Assembly: GCA_045592385.1 (NCBI GenBank)
Contig: JAZNUP010000004.1
Coordinates: 1,856-65,855 of the forward strand
Direction of reading: 5' to 3'
DNA length: 64,000 nt
Source: Acutalibacteraceae bacterium
GTDB taxonomy: Bacteria > Bacillota > Clostridia > Oscillospirales > Acutalibacteraceae
Shown: positions 35,423 to 44,525 of the stretch, piece by piece
Layout: each line of letters starts with the position of its first letter
Position numbering within the stretch: position 1 is the stretch's first letter
Translations under genes and position numbers: made by a program
The notes under the pieces: generated by a model
Told to the model about the DNA's origin: nothing
Databases searched by the model: none
The model's input: the letters and a program-made list of their open reading frames with translations, nothing else

Positions 35423-36426
35423 AACCTATGCAGGGAAAAATAACGCTTGCCCACGGTTCGGGCGGTGAGCTTTACAGGGAAATGGTAAATGAAGTTTTCC
35501 TGCCTGCTTATTCAAATGAAATACTCTGCGAGCTTGGCGACAGTGCCGTGTGCACCGCAGGTGAAAAAGTAGCTTTCACTACAGACGGATTTGTGGTTAA
35601 TCCCATATTCTTCCCCGGCGGAAATATCGGCAGGCTGTGCGTGTGCGGTACTGTAAATGACCTTGCGGTGAGCGGTGCCGTGCCGCGGTATCTGAGCGTA
35701 TCAATGATAATAGAAGCAGGGTTTGAAACCGAAAAGCTTCGATGTATATGCAAAAGCATTGCCGAAGCCGCAGGCGAAGCGGGAGTTAAAATTGTTACGG
35801 GTGACACCAAGGTTGTGGAAGGCAGCAAGGCTGACGGTATATACATAACGACCTCCGGAGTCGGCGTTTTTACGGATGGCAGAAAGCCGCTCAGTCAGAA
35901 GGTTGTGCAGGGTGACGTGATAATCTGCTCAGCTCCTGTTGCTTCGCACGGTGTTGCCGTTACGGTTGCAAGGTCGGGGATGGATTTTTCACCCGTGCCT
36001 TGCAGTGATGTCAGGCCGCTTTCGGGTGTTGTTGATGCTTTACTTTCGAGCGGAGCCGAGGTACACGCAATGCGTGACCCTACACGCGGAGGTGTTGCCG
36101 CAACGCTTTGCGAATGGGCAAGAGACGGTGTTGATATAACCGTTGATTTAAAAAGCGTACCTGTTGAAGCTTCGGTTGGTGAAATATGCGCGGTGCTCGG
36201 ATTTGACCCGTTGCAGCTTGCAAACGAGGGTGTGCTGCTTGCGAGCGTTGCAAAAAAGGACTGCGCAACGGCGCTCGAAGCGCTGAGAAATCATCAGTAT
36301 TCATCCTCTGCGGCGGTTATTGCAGAGGTTGAGAGCGGAAATTCCGAAGTATGGGGAATTACCGACATAGGAACAAAAAGAAGAATTCTTATGCCGCGCG
36401 GGGAAATTCTGCCCCGTATTTGTTGA
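35419..36426 (+). CDS. hypE: hydrogenase maturation carbamoyl dehydratase HypE
   Basis: 335 aa. AIR-synthase-like fold blocks and the invariant C-terminal PRIC. Confidence 0.95.
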   Translation: MKPMQGKITLAHGSGGELYREMVNEVFLPAYSNEILCELGDSAVCTAGEKVAFTTDGFVVNPIFFPGGNIGRLCVCGTVNDLAVSGAVPRYLSVSMIIEAGFETEKLRCICKSIAEAAGEAGVKIVTGDTKVVEGSKADGIYITTSGVGVFTDGRKPLSQKVVQGDVIICSAPVASHGVAVTVARSGMDFSPVPCSDVRPLSGVVDALLSSGAEVHAMRDPTRGGVAATLCEWARDGVDITVDLKSVPVEASVGEICAVLGFDPLQLANEGVLLASVAKKDCATALEALRNHQYSSSAAVIAEVESGNSEVWGITDIGTKRRILMPRGEILPRIC

Positions 36427-36438
36427 GGTGGTAAAAAT

Positions 36439-37848
36439 ATGAACTCTAATATTTTGATTGCGGGGGTTTGCACTCCTCTTTTCGGTGCATTCCTGCTTGT
36501 GTTGCTTGGAAAAATCAATCAGAAGCTCAGAAACGCGTGCTCACTCGCTTTTGTGGGCGTGTCGCTTTGCTGTGCGGTTGCGGCGCTTGTGAGCCTGCTC
36601 AGGGGTAATCCTCTTGAGGCGGGTCCCTGGGAATTCCCTCTGGGTCTTACCTTAGGCTTCAGAGCGGATGCTCTTGCCGTATTTATGGCGCTTACGGCTT
36701 GTGTTGTCAGTATGGTAATAATTATATATTCCTACGGCTACATAAAGGAGTATCCCAATCAGAACGAATACTATATGATGGTAACGCTCTTTATCGGAGC
36801 AATGACCGGGCTTGTTTATTCAACAAACCTCATTATGATTTATATATTCTGGGAGATATCTTCCCTTTGCTGCTGGAGACTTATCGGCTTCTACCGTGAG
36901 GAGATGATGATAAGGCGTGCGGATAAGGCCTTCGTTGTTACCGTGCTCGGAGCACTCGTGATGCTTATCGGCTTTATGGGTGTTTACGGCGAATACGGCA
37001 CCTTTGACCTCAACGCACTCAGCGGCAGAAGCATACCCTCCTGGTGTGTATGGTGCATACTCTGCGGTATCCTTTCAAAATCCGCAACCTTCCCGCTTCA
37101 CAGCTGGCTGCCCGATGCAGGTGTTGCACCGTCACCCGTCACCTCGCTTCTTCACGCGGCGGTGCTTGTTAAAATAGGCGTTTTCGCCTACGTAAGACTT
37201 TTTGTAAAGTGCTTCGAGGTTGATGAAATTTTTACAACCGCCGTACCCGTTATAGCGGCGGTCAGTGCCCTTGTAAGCGCAGGTGCCGCTCTCAAGGCGA
37301 ATGATATCAAGAGAGTAGTTGCGTATTCAACAATAAGCCAGCTTGCGTTTATATTGCTCGGTCTTTCCTGCGGAAATGAAGTCGGCACCGTTGGCGGTCT
37401 GCTTTATATCCTTGCGCACAGTGTTGCAAAGGGAGGACTTTTCCTCTGCTGCGGTATTGTTGAGCACGCAGTTCATACGAAGGATATGAGCAAAATTTCG
37501 GGTATGATTAAAACTATGCCCAGAACTGCGGTTGCGTTTATTCTCTGCGCACTCTCGGTTATGGGTATTCCTCCCTTCTCCGGCTTTTTTGCAAAGTATC
37601 TTGTTATAGAGGCGATAGTTCAGACGGGTCAGTTATGGATAGCGGCTGTATTCATCATCGGCGCAGTTATGACCGTTATGTATCTTGTAAGACTTTTTGT
37701 AAAAGTATTTCTCGGTAAGCCCTCGTTCCCCAATGCCAAAGAGGGTTCACCCGTTATGGTTGCAAGTGTTCTGCTGCTCGGAGTGCTTGCTCTTGTGCTC
37801 GGTTTTGTAATCGCTGCACCTACGCAGCTTGCTATGGAGGTGATTTAA
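36439..37848 (+). CDS. group 4 hydrogenase antiporter-like membrane subunit 1 (NuoM/N / MrpD / MbhH family)
   Basis: 469-aa polytopic ORF with RBS GAGGTGG. TM5-type FWEISS (conserved Glu) and FPLHSWLPDAGVAPSPVTSLLHAAVLVKIG (conserved Lys). Confidence 0.85.
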   Translation: MNSNILIAGVCTPLFGAFLLVLLGKINQKLRNACSLAFVGVSLCCAVAALVSLLRGNPLEAGPWEFPLGLTLGFRADALAVFMALTACVVSMVIIIYSYGYIKEYPNQNEYYMMVTLFIGAMTGLVYSTNLIMIYIFWEISSLCCWRLIGFYREEMMIRRADKAFVVTVLGALVMLIGFMGVYGEYGTFDLNALSGRSIPSWCVWCILCGILSKSATFPLHSWLPDAGVAPSPVTSLLHAAVLVKIGVFAYVRLFVKCFEVDEIFTTAVPVIAAVSALVSAGAALKANDIKRVVAYSTISQLAFILLGLSCGNEVGTVGGLLYILAHSVAKGGLFLCCGIVEHAVHTKDMSKISGMIKTMPRTAVAFILCALSVMGIPPFSGFFAKYLVIEAIVQTGQLWIAAVFIIGAVMTVMYLVRLFVKVFLGKPSFPNAKEGSPVMVASVLLLGVLALVLGFVIAAPTQLAMEVI

Positions 37849-39729
37849 GTGAATGCGGTTTTTGAATTACTTTCAACGGGGCACAATCTGTTGATTTTTC
37901 AGGTTGGCCTGCCCGTGATTTTCGCGTTTGCCGTCTGGGCGGCTGGCAAAAAGGACAGTTTGCGTACGGTTGTTACCGCGGCGGCAGGGATAATAAATCT
38001 CATATTCGGCTGTTCGGTATATTTTGCAAAAACAGAGATTACCGATACCGTTAAAATGACAGGCTTCGGTCTTGATATTGATATTCTGACGGATGAATTC
38101 TCCGCTTTGTTTATATTCCTTACTGCAGCAGCTTTCTCCGTTATCGGCATTTATTGCTCCGCTTGGCTTAACGGTAAAAAATATGCAGGACTCTTTATGT
38201 TCTATCTTTTTGTAAGCCTTGCTATGATTAACGGCGCGTTTATGTGTGACAGCCTGGGCGCGATGCTCTTTTTCTGGGAGGGCTTGCTCTGCACCCTCTT
38301 CGGAATGCTGCTCATAAATAACCGTGAGAATTATAAATCCGCAGTCAAGGCGCTTACACTTTCAGGCATTGCCGATTTGCTTATGATGCTCGGTATAATT
38401 ATAACCGCGTATATCGGCGGCAGCTCAAATATGAGCGGACTTTCAGGACTTGAGGTCAAGGGAGCGGGAATTGCAGGCTTTGCTTGCCTTATGCTCGGAG
38501 CACTCGGCAAATCAGGCTGTATGCCTTTCCATTCCTGGATTCCCGAAGCGGCAAGCAGCGCACCTGCGGCATTTATGGCTGCATTCCCCGGCGCTCTTGA
38601 AAAATTGCTTGGCTTATATCTCGGCGTAAGAGTTATGACTCAGGTTTATTCCGTCGAGTCGGGCAGTGCGGCAAGTATTGCGGTTATGACTCTCGGCGCT
38701 GTAACTCTTGTTTGCGCTGTTGCAATGGCACTTGTTCAGAAGGATATGAAAAAGCTTTTGTCCTATCACGCGGTAAGTCAGGTAGGATATATGGTGCTCG
38801 GCCTCGGCTCAGCATTGCCCGTAGGTATAGCGGGTGCGCTTTTCCATATGCTCAACAACGTTATTTATAAGAGTGCTCTCTTTATGATAGCGGGCTTTAT
38901 GGAGAAAAAGCTCGGCACCACCGATTTGAGAAACTTTTCGGGTCTTTTCAAAAAAATGCCTGTTACCGCCGTTTGCTTTGCGGTTTGCGGATTTTCAATT
39001 GCAGGCGTACCCGGATTCAACGGCTTTTTCTCAAAGGAGCTTATTTTCGATGCCGCTCTTGAATCACATTGCAGGCTCAATTATCTTTTCTACGCGCTCG
39101 CTCTCGTCGGTGCGTTTATGACTGCCGTATCCTTCCTTAAAATGGGCAGGGGTGCATTCTCCGGCAAAGAGCAGTTGCCCGAAAAGGTTAAGTCTGCCGA
39201 TGAAAAGGGCTTGCTTCTCAAGCTTCCGATTATTGTTATGTCGGCACTTTGCGTTGTTTTCGGAATTTTCAACAGTGTTGCGGTTGACGGCTGGTTTGCC
39301 TGCGCAACGGGCGCTGAAGAAAAGCTCGGCGGATGGCCGCATTCAGCTATTCTTGTAATAATTTCCGTATGCGTGCTTCTGCTTGCACTTGCGGATCATA
39401 TTTACGGCTGCAAAAAGACAGGTAAGCCAATAAACGCGGCGGACCATATCCACTATGCCCCCGTGCTCAAGCAGATTTATTCTGCGGCGGAAAAGGGAAG
39501 GTTTGACCCTTATAACTGGATAAACGGCACAGCTCAGGGCTTCTCGTTTGTATGCGTAAAGATTGAGCAGGGAGTCAGCTTTGTTTATGATAAAGCAATT
39601 CCCGGCATTGTTAAAAAGACAGGCGATATGCTTCACCGTGCGGATAACGGCTCACTTTCAAGATACCTTGCAGGCGTGCTTCTCGGTGTGGTTGTAGCCG
39701 CGGTAATTCTTTTGTCAAAAGTACTTTAA
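37849..39729 (+). CDS. group 4 hydrogenase antiporter-like membrane subunit 2 (NuoL / MrpA-like, with C-terminal extension)
   Basis: 626 aa; the GTG start abuts the previous stop. Contains FFWEGLL and FHSWIPEAASSAPAAFMAAFPGALEKLLG. After the core comes a ~110-aa tail: a mostly polar/amphipathic stretch (KTGKPINAADHIHYAPVLKQIYSAAEKGRFDPYNW...) ending in a final TM helix, YLAGVLLGVVVAAVILL. Confidence 0.8.
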   Translation: MNAVFELLSTGHNLLIFQVGLPVIFAFAVWAAGKKDSLRTVVTAAAGIINLIFGCSVYFAKTEITDTVKMTGFGLDIDILTDEFSALFIFLTAAAFSVIGIYCSAWLNGKKYAGLFMFYLFVSLAMINGAFMCDSLGAMLFFWEGLLCTLFGMLLINNRENYKSAVKALTLSGIADLLMMLGIIITAYIGGSSNMSGLSGLEVKGAGIAGFACLMLGALGKSGCMPFHSWIPEAASSAPAAFMAAFPGALEKLLGLYLGVRVMTQVYSVESGSAASIAVMTLGAVTLVCAVAMALVQKDMKKLLSYHAVSQVGYMVLGLGSALPVGIAGALFHMLNNVIYKSALFMIAGFMEKKLGTTDLRNFSGLFKKMPVTAVCFAVCGFSIAGVPGFNGFFSKELIFDAALESHCRLNYLFYALALVGAFMTAVSFLKMGRGAFSGKEQLPEKVKSADEKGLLLKLPIIVMSALCVVFGIFNSVAVDGWFACATGAEEKLGGWPHSAILVIISVCVLLLALADHIYGCKKTGKPINAADHIHYAPVLKQIYSAAEKGRFDPYNWINGTAQGFSFVCVKIEQGVSFVYDKAIPGIVKKTGDMLHRADNGSLSRYLAGVLLGVVVAAVILLSKVL

Positions 39730-39743
39730 AGGAGGGGATAAAA

Positions 39744-41204
39744 ATGAATATGTTAAACTTAACCGTTCATGCCATGCTGGTGCTTCCCCTTGTGGTGCTT
39801 GCGGCAAACAATCTGCTTGCAAAGCAGACTGCAAGAAAAATCGCTTTATACGTGTGCGCGGCTGTTGCGTTTTTTCAGATAGCCGGAAGCGTTACTCTTT
39901 TCTTTATGTATACCCGTTTCGGTATAACACATTATGACTTCAATATTTTTGAACCCGGTCAGGTCGGTACGGACTATTTCTCGGTAAACCGCCTTGACTT
40001 ATTCCTTATGGTTTGTATAGGAATTGTGACTTTTGTTTCCGTAATGCTTGCGTTGGAAACTATCAAAGACCATAAACGTTCTTACGTTAATCTGCTTATG
40101 TGTCTGCTTCTCGGAATGAACGGTATGGTAATGTCAACGGACCTTTTCAGCCTTTACGTGTTCCTTGAAATTGTTGGCATCACAAGCTTTGTTATGATTG
40201 CGATGTTCCGCTCAAAGGTTGGCCTTGAGGGCTCGTTCAAATATCTTGTTGTATCCTCGCTCGGAATTGTTCTTCTGCTCAGCGGTCTTTCGCTGATTTT
40301 TATGCAGACGGGCACACTCGATTTCAAGGCAATCGGGGAAAGCTTGCTCGATACGCAGGACAGTTCGCGCAGAGCGCTTACGTATTCAGCCATAATTCTT
40401 ATGATTTCGGGCTTTGCCGTAAAAGCAGGCGCAGTGCCTTTCCACAGTTGGCTGCCCGATGCTCACCAGAGCGCAGATACTGCGGTATCCGTATTGCTCA
40501 GCGGTATAGTTATCAAGATTGCGGGCATTTACGGTCTTATAGTTGTGCTTGACCTTTTCGGATCGCTTGAAGCGGTAAGGATTATTTATCAGGTTATCGG
40601 TCTTATTTCAATAATAACAGGCGCGGTTCTTGCGGCAAGGCAGCACCATTTCAAGCGTATTGCCGCTTATTCGAGCGTAAGCCAGATGGGATATATCATC
40701 CTCGCTCTCAGTTCCGGAACAACTCTCGGTGTTGTCGGTGCGGCGGCACATATTTTCAGCCACGCAATATTCAAATCAACTCTTTTCTCAAACGCGGCGG
40801 CTATTCACGAGGAGGTCGGCGTGCTTGACGTTACCAAACTTGGCGGACTTGAAAAGAAAATGCCTGTAACGGCTTTCTCATCCGTTATTGCGTTTTTATC
40901 AACTGCCGGCGTTCCTCCTTTCTGCGGATTCTGGAGCAAGCTTCTCATAGTAATTGCCCTCTGGGAAAACGGCGATACCGTGTGGGCTGGCGCGGCTCTT
41001 GTGGCAAGTATTTTTACAGCCGTTTATTTCCTGCGCCTTCAGCGCAAGGTTTTCTTCGGCAAGCTTGCCGACGGTATGGAGGACGTTCACGAAGCAAAGA
41101 ACTCTATCGGATTTATTGAGGCCGCTCTTACTGCGGTAACCGTGGGAGCGGGCTTGCTCTTCCCGTTTGCGCTGCAGTATCTGCAGACGGCAGGCATTAT
41201 TTAA
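39744..41204 (+). CDS. group 4 hydrogenase antiporter-like membrane subunit 3 (NuoM/N / MrpD family)
   Basis: 486 aa with RBS AAAGGAGG. Contains VFLEIVG and FHSWLPDAHQSADTAVSVLLSGIVIKIAG. Confidence 0.85.
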   Translation: MNMLNLTVHAMLVLPLVVLAANNLLAKQTARKIALYVCAAVAFFQIAGSVTLFFMYTRFGITHYDFNIFEPGQVGTDYFSVNRLDLFLMVCIGIVTFVSVMLALETIKDHKRSYVNLLMCLLLGMNGMVMSTDLFSLYVFLEIVGITSFVMIAMFRSKVGLEGSFKYLVVSSLGIVLLLSGLSLIFMQTGTLDFKAIGESLLDTQDSSRRALTYSAIILMISGFAVKAGAVPFHSWLPDAHQSADTAVSVLLSGIVIKIAGIYGLIVVLDLFGSLEAVRIIYQVIGLISIITGAVLAARQHHFKRIAAYSSVSQMGYIILALSSGTTLGVVGAAAHIFSHAIFKSTLFSNAAAIHEEVGVLDVTKLGGLEKKMPVTAFSSVIAFLSTAGVPPFCGFWSKLLIVIALWENGDTVWAGAALVASIFTAVYFLRLQRKVFFGKLADGMEDVHEAKNSIGFIEAALTAVTVGAGLLFPFALQYLQTAGII

Positions 41205-41222
41205 GGAAAGGAGCGAAATGTA

Positions 41223-41717
41223 ATGGAAGAAATTATTATTTACATATCCCTTGCAGTGCTCCTTGTTTGCGGAGTGCTTGCGGTAATGCTCAGAAGCATA
41301 ATCAAGGATGCAATCTGCCTTGCGGCGGCAAGTGCGGCGCTTGCAATAATTATGTATACTCTCGGCGCATCCTGGGCGGCACTTTTTGAGGTGTCCGTCT
41401 GTGCAGGTCTTATAACGGTAATTTTCATCAGCGGCATCAGCCTTTCGCACGATACTAAGGCTGAGGTAAGGCGCGAATACGATGATAAGCGCAGAATGGG
41501 AGTTCTGCCCGTTGTGCTTGTTGCGGCAGGAATTGTTATGATTGGCGCAGGTGCCGCGATTCATTTTGAAATGCCTGTTGCGCAGAGGCTTGTTCAGGAT
41601 TTCAGAGAGGTTTTCTGGAACAGCAGGCAGGCTGATATCTGGGGTCAGATAATAGTTATGCTTACGGGCGGCACGGCCATTTCAGTTCTCATAAAGGAGG
41701 AAAAGAAAAAATCATGA
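41223..41717 (+). CDS. small membrane subunit (MnhB / MbhD-E, NuoJ-like)
   Basis: 164 aa with 4-5 hydrophobic helices. It sits upstream of the NuoK-like gene, as in mbh/mrp clusters. Assignment is by size, topology and synteny. Confidence 0.55.
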   Translation: MEEIIIYISLAVLLVCGVLAVMLRSIIKDAICLAAASAALAIIMYTLGASWAALFEVSVCAGLITVIFISGISLSHDTKAEVRREYDDKRRMGVLPVVLVAAGIVMIGAGAAIHFEMPVAQRLVQDFREVFWNSRQADIWGQIIVMLTGGTAISVLIKEEKKKS

Positions 41718-42019
41718 ATATGGAATTTGCTTTTCTGCTTGCAGGAGTTCTGCTTATACTTGCAGGATGCTTCTGCCTTATAAGAACTTACCATTTGCTT
41801 AAAATCATAATCGGTATGGAGCTTTCAATGAAGGCAGTTACCCTGCTGTTTGTGATTGCAGGCCATATCAACGGAAATATGGAGCTTTCTCAGGCGTTTA
41901 TTATTACGATTATAGTTGTTGAGGTTGTTATAACTCTTGTAGCATCAGGCGTTGCGCTTGATTTGTATAAGAAATACGGCAACCTTGACGTGCGCAATCT
42001 GCGCAACTTGAGAGGATAG
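41714..42019 (+). CDS. small membrane subunit (NuoK / MnhC / MbhG-like)
   Basis: 101 aa with three helices and a membrane-embedded Glu (GMELSMKA and VVEVVITL), as in NuoK-type subunits. 4-nt overlap with the previous gene. Confidence 0.65.
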   Translation: MNMEFAFLLAGVLLILAGCFCLIRTYHLLKIIIGMELSMKAVTLLFVIAGHINGNMELSQAFIITIIVVEVVITLVASGVALDLYKKYGNLDVRNLRNLRG

Positions 42020-42027
42020 GTGAGAAT

Positions 42028-42354
42028 ATGAGTATAAAAGAAGTGCTTTATTCTCCTGCGGTGGTTTTCTTTCTTATCACTGCTTTGATTTCAGTATTTG
42101 CCCTGTTCCTCTCAAGATACAGCACAAAGGGCAAAAAAAGCAAAAGAACCCTTGATTCGTATGCCTGCGGTCAGCAGGGATTCAAGGAATACGTAAATCC
42201 TGATTACAGCCAGTTTTTTACCTTTGCATTTGTTTTTACAGTAATGCACGTTCTTACAATGGTAATTGCAACAGCTCCCGAAAAAATGACGGCAATGCCC
42301 ATTCTTTATATCCTTGCAGGTTTGTACGTGCTGGTGATTGTTCTTAAGAGGTGA
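42028..42354 (+). CDS. small membrane subunit (NuoA / MbhI-like)
   Basis: 108 aa. It has TM1, then the loop DSYACGQQG (compare the NuoA Y-E-C-G loop), then two more helices. It lies directly upstream of the NuoB-like gene. Confidence 0.55.
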   Translation: MSIKEVLYSPAVVFFLITALISVFALFLSRYSTKGKKSKRTLDSYACGQQGFKEYVNPDYSQFFTFAFVFTVMHVLTMVIATAPEKMTAMPILYILAGLYVLVIVLKR

Positions 42355-42361
42355 ATTAGAT

Positions 42362-42811
42362 ATGGATTTGATAAGAAAAGCTTCGCAATGGGCGAGCGGA
42401 AAATCACCGTGGATTCTGCATTTTAATGCAGGCGCCTGCAACGGTTGTGACATTGAGGTTGTTGACTGTGTTACTCCGAGGTATGACCTTGAACGCTTCG
42501 GCGTTGTAAAGCAGGGCAGCCCCAGGCATGCTGACGTGCTTATATGCACGGGTGCCGTAACTCTTCAGACAAGGGACAGATTAAAGCAGATTTACGAGCA
42601 GATGCCGGAACCCAAGCGCGTTATAGCAGTAGGTACCTGTGCTTGCACTGGCGGTGTTTTTGACGGTTGCTACTGCGTTACGGGCGGCATTGATACAGTT
42701 ATACCTGTTGATGTATACGTACCCGGATGCGCAGTAAGACCCGATGAAATAATAAGTGCGGTTGAACGCGCACTTTCTCTTAAAACAGACGGGGAGGGCG
42801 ATAAAAAATGA
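42362..42811 (+). CDS. [NiFe]-hydrogenase small subunit, group 4 (NuoB-like, one [4Fe-4S])
   Basis: ATG at 42362 after AGAGGTGA (the track ORF starts at 42338). Cysteine pattern GACNGCDIE ... GTCACTGG ... VPGCAVRP matches the NuoB/MbhJ/EchC cluster ligands. Confidence 0.9.
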   Translation: MDLIRKASQWASGKSPWILHFNAGACNGCDIEVVDCVTPRYDLERFGVVKQGSPRHADVLICTGAVTLQTRDRLKQIYEQMPEPKRVIAVGTCACTGGVFDGCYCVTGGIDTVIPVDVYVPGCAVRPDEIISAVERALSLKTDGEGDKK

Positions 42812-43314
42812 GCAACGAAGAAAATAAGGTTTTGCAGATAATATCGAATTTTCCCAATCTTGACGGCAGAATCCGTCAGACTGCTCCCAAAAGAATTTTT
42901 ACCGACCCTCTTGAAAGCGGTGAGTTTCATCAGCTTGTGTCGTATATTCACGATGAACTTGGCTTCTTCAGAGCGCACCACGCGGTAGGTGTTGATGACG
43001 GTGAAAATCTTGGATTTATCTACATCTTTTCCGATGAAGATAACACAATCCTTGCGGCAAAGCAGACTGTTCCCAAGGAAAATCCCGAAATTGAGTCGCT
43101 CAATAAGCTCTATCCTTCTTTACTTTTGCATGAGCTTGAGCTTGCCGACCTTTTCGGTGCCGTGATTTCGGGCTTGCCCGACGTGCCTCATTATCCATTG
43201 CCCGACGGTTGGCCGCAGGGCAGCTATCCTATGAGGAAGGAATGGAAGCCCGAGTATTTCAACAAAGAAACTATGACTTATGAGCCGCCCGAGGAGGTGC
43301 AGAAGAATGGCTGA
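42808..43314 (+). CDS. group 4 hydrogenase NuoC-like (30 kDa) subunit
   Basis: 168 aa lying between the small- and large-subunit genes. The block LHELELADLFG resembles NuoC/MbhK. 4-nt overlap upstream. Confidence 0.75.
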   Translation: MSNEENKVLQIISNFPNLDGRIRQTAPKRIFTDPLESGEFHQLVSYIHDELGFFRAHHAVGVDDGENLGFIYIFSDEDNTILAAKQTVPKENPEIESLNKLYPSLLLHELELADLFGAVISGLPDVPHYPLPDGWPQGSYPMRKEWKPEYFNKETMTYEPPEEVQKNG

Positions 43315-44524
43315 CGATAACAAAGTTATAATCCCTATAGGACCTCAGCACCCGTCACTTGATGAGCCTGCAAGCTTCACCGTAACGTTAAGCGGTGAAA
43401 GAGTTGATAATGTAGTTATAGGCATCGGTTACAATCACCGAGGCCTCGAAAAAGCCTGCGAAAGCAGAACCTACGTGCAGGATTTGTATATAGTTGAGCG
43501 TGTCTGCGGTATTTGCTCTCATTCTCACACCAGTGCTTTTTGTATGGGCGTTGAGCAGCTTGCAGGTGTTACAGTGCCTGACAGAGCGGAGTATATAAGA
43601 GCAATTGTTGCCGAGCTTGAAAGGCTTCACAGTCATCTTCTCTGGCTCGGAGTTGCAGGGCACGAAATAGGCTTTGATACTCTGTTTATGTATACGTGGA
43701 GGGACCGTGAAAAGGTGCTTGATCTTCTTGCGGCGATAGGCGGAAACAGAATAAACTATGCCGTAAATACCTTCGGCGGAGTACGCAGAGATTTGGATGA
43801 AAGTGTTTTTGCAAAAATCACTGCAACTCTCAATGAGCTTGAAAAGCAGATAAATTATTACCTTGAGCTCGCACAGACAGAGCTTACCCTTAAAGCAAGG
43901 CTTTCGGGTATCGGTTGTCTTTCAAAAGAGGATGCACTTAAATTCGGTGCAACGGGTCCCGTTCTTCGTGCGGCAGGTGTTGCTCAGGATATAAGAACGG
44001 CAGAGCCCTACGGCGCATATAAGAATTTTGAGGTGAACGTTATCACTCACACTGCTGCCGACGTTTTCGGACGTACCGCAGTCAGAATTCTTGAAATGCT
44101 TGAAAGCATCAGGATTATCCGCCATTGTATAAAGGAAATACCTGAGGGAGCAATCCTTGCAAAGGTTCCCAGAAGAATCCCTGAGGGAGAGGTTATTGTA
44201 AGAATGGAAGCCCCCAGAGGCGAAAACATCCATTATATCCGCTCCAACGGCACCGATAAGCCGGACAGAATCCGTGTACGTGCTCCGTCTGAAGCCAACT
44301 GGCACGGAATGCAGCATATGCTTAAGGGTGAGTATCTGGCGGACGTGCCCATAAGCATTGCCGCTATTGATCCCTGCTATTCCTGCACGGACAGAGCTAT
44401 TACCGTAAATTCCGAGGGCACCCGTAAGGTTACCGATTGGCAGTCGATACGCAAGTACGGCATTGAATGGTATAAAAAACGCGGGCTTGATATGGCTGAT
44501 ATAAGGCTTGAAAGAGGGGTGTGA
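43307..44524 (+). CDS. [NiFe]-hydrogenase large (catalytic) subunit, group 4 (NuoD-like)
   Basis: ATG at 43307, 6 nt after GGAGGTG. The N-terminal motif RVCGICSHSHT and C-terminal motif DPCYSCTDR supply all four Ni-Fe cysteines and fit the group 4 L1/L2 patterns. A 41-aa tail follows the Arg. Confidence 0.92.
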   Translation: MADDNKVIIPIGPQHPSLDEPASFTVTLSGERVDNVVIGIGYNHRGLEKACESRTYVQDLYIVERVCGICSHSHTSAFCMGVEQLAGVTVPDRAEYIRAIVAELERLHSHLLWLGVAGHEIGFDTLFMYTWRDREKVLDLLAAIGGNRINYAVNTFGGVRRDLDESVFAKITATLNELEKQINYYLELAQTELTLKARLSGIGCLSKEDALKFGATGPVLRAAGVAQDIRTAEPYGAYKNFEVNVITHTAADVFGRTAVRILEMLESIRIIRHCIKEIPEGAILAKVPRRIPEGEVIVRMEAPRGENIHYIRSNGTDKPDRIRVRAPSEANWHGMQHMLKGEYLADVPISIAAIDPCYSCTDRAITVNSEGTRKVTDWQSIRKYGIEWYKKRGLDMADIRLERGV

Positions 44525-44525
44525 A

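Noticed and set aside
40899-41564. A 221-aa minus-strand ORF inside the hydrogenase membrane-subunit genes. Similar long antisense ORFs occur at 30869-31522, 34310-34846, 11767-12369, 18514-19173, 22473-23144, 28674-29189, 58569-59096, 55175-55690, 7340-7855, 25249-25740, 27367-27918 and 28051-28644.
   Set aside because: Each lies wholly inside a longer opposite-strand ORF that has clear family motifs. They have no RBS and Cys/Arg/Phe/Ile-rich nonsense-like composition. They are the expected shadow ORFs.
43307-44524. The complex might be an Mbx/Mbs-type sulfane reductase, an Ehr complex or a bona fide NDH-1, or the large subunit might be a [NiFeSe] enzyme, rather than a [NiFe] hydrogenase.
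   Set aside because: Both CxxC pairs are intact (CGIC, CYSC), there is no in-frame TGA, and dedicated hyp genes and a HycI protease sit in the same operon.
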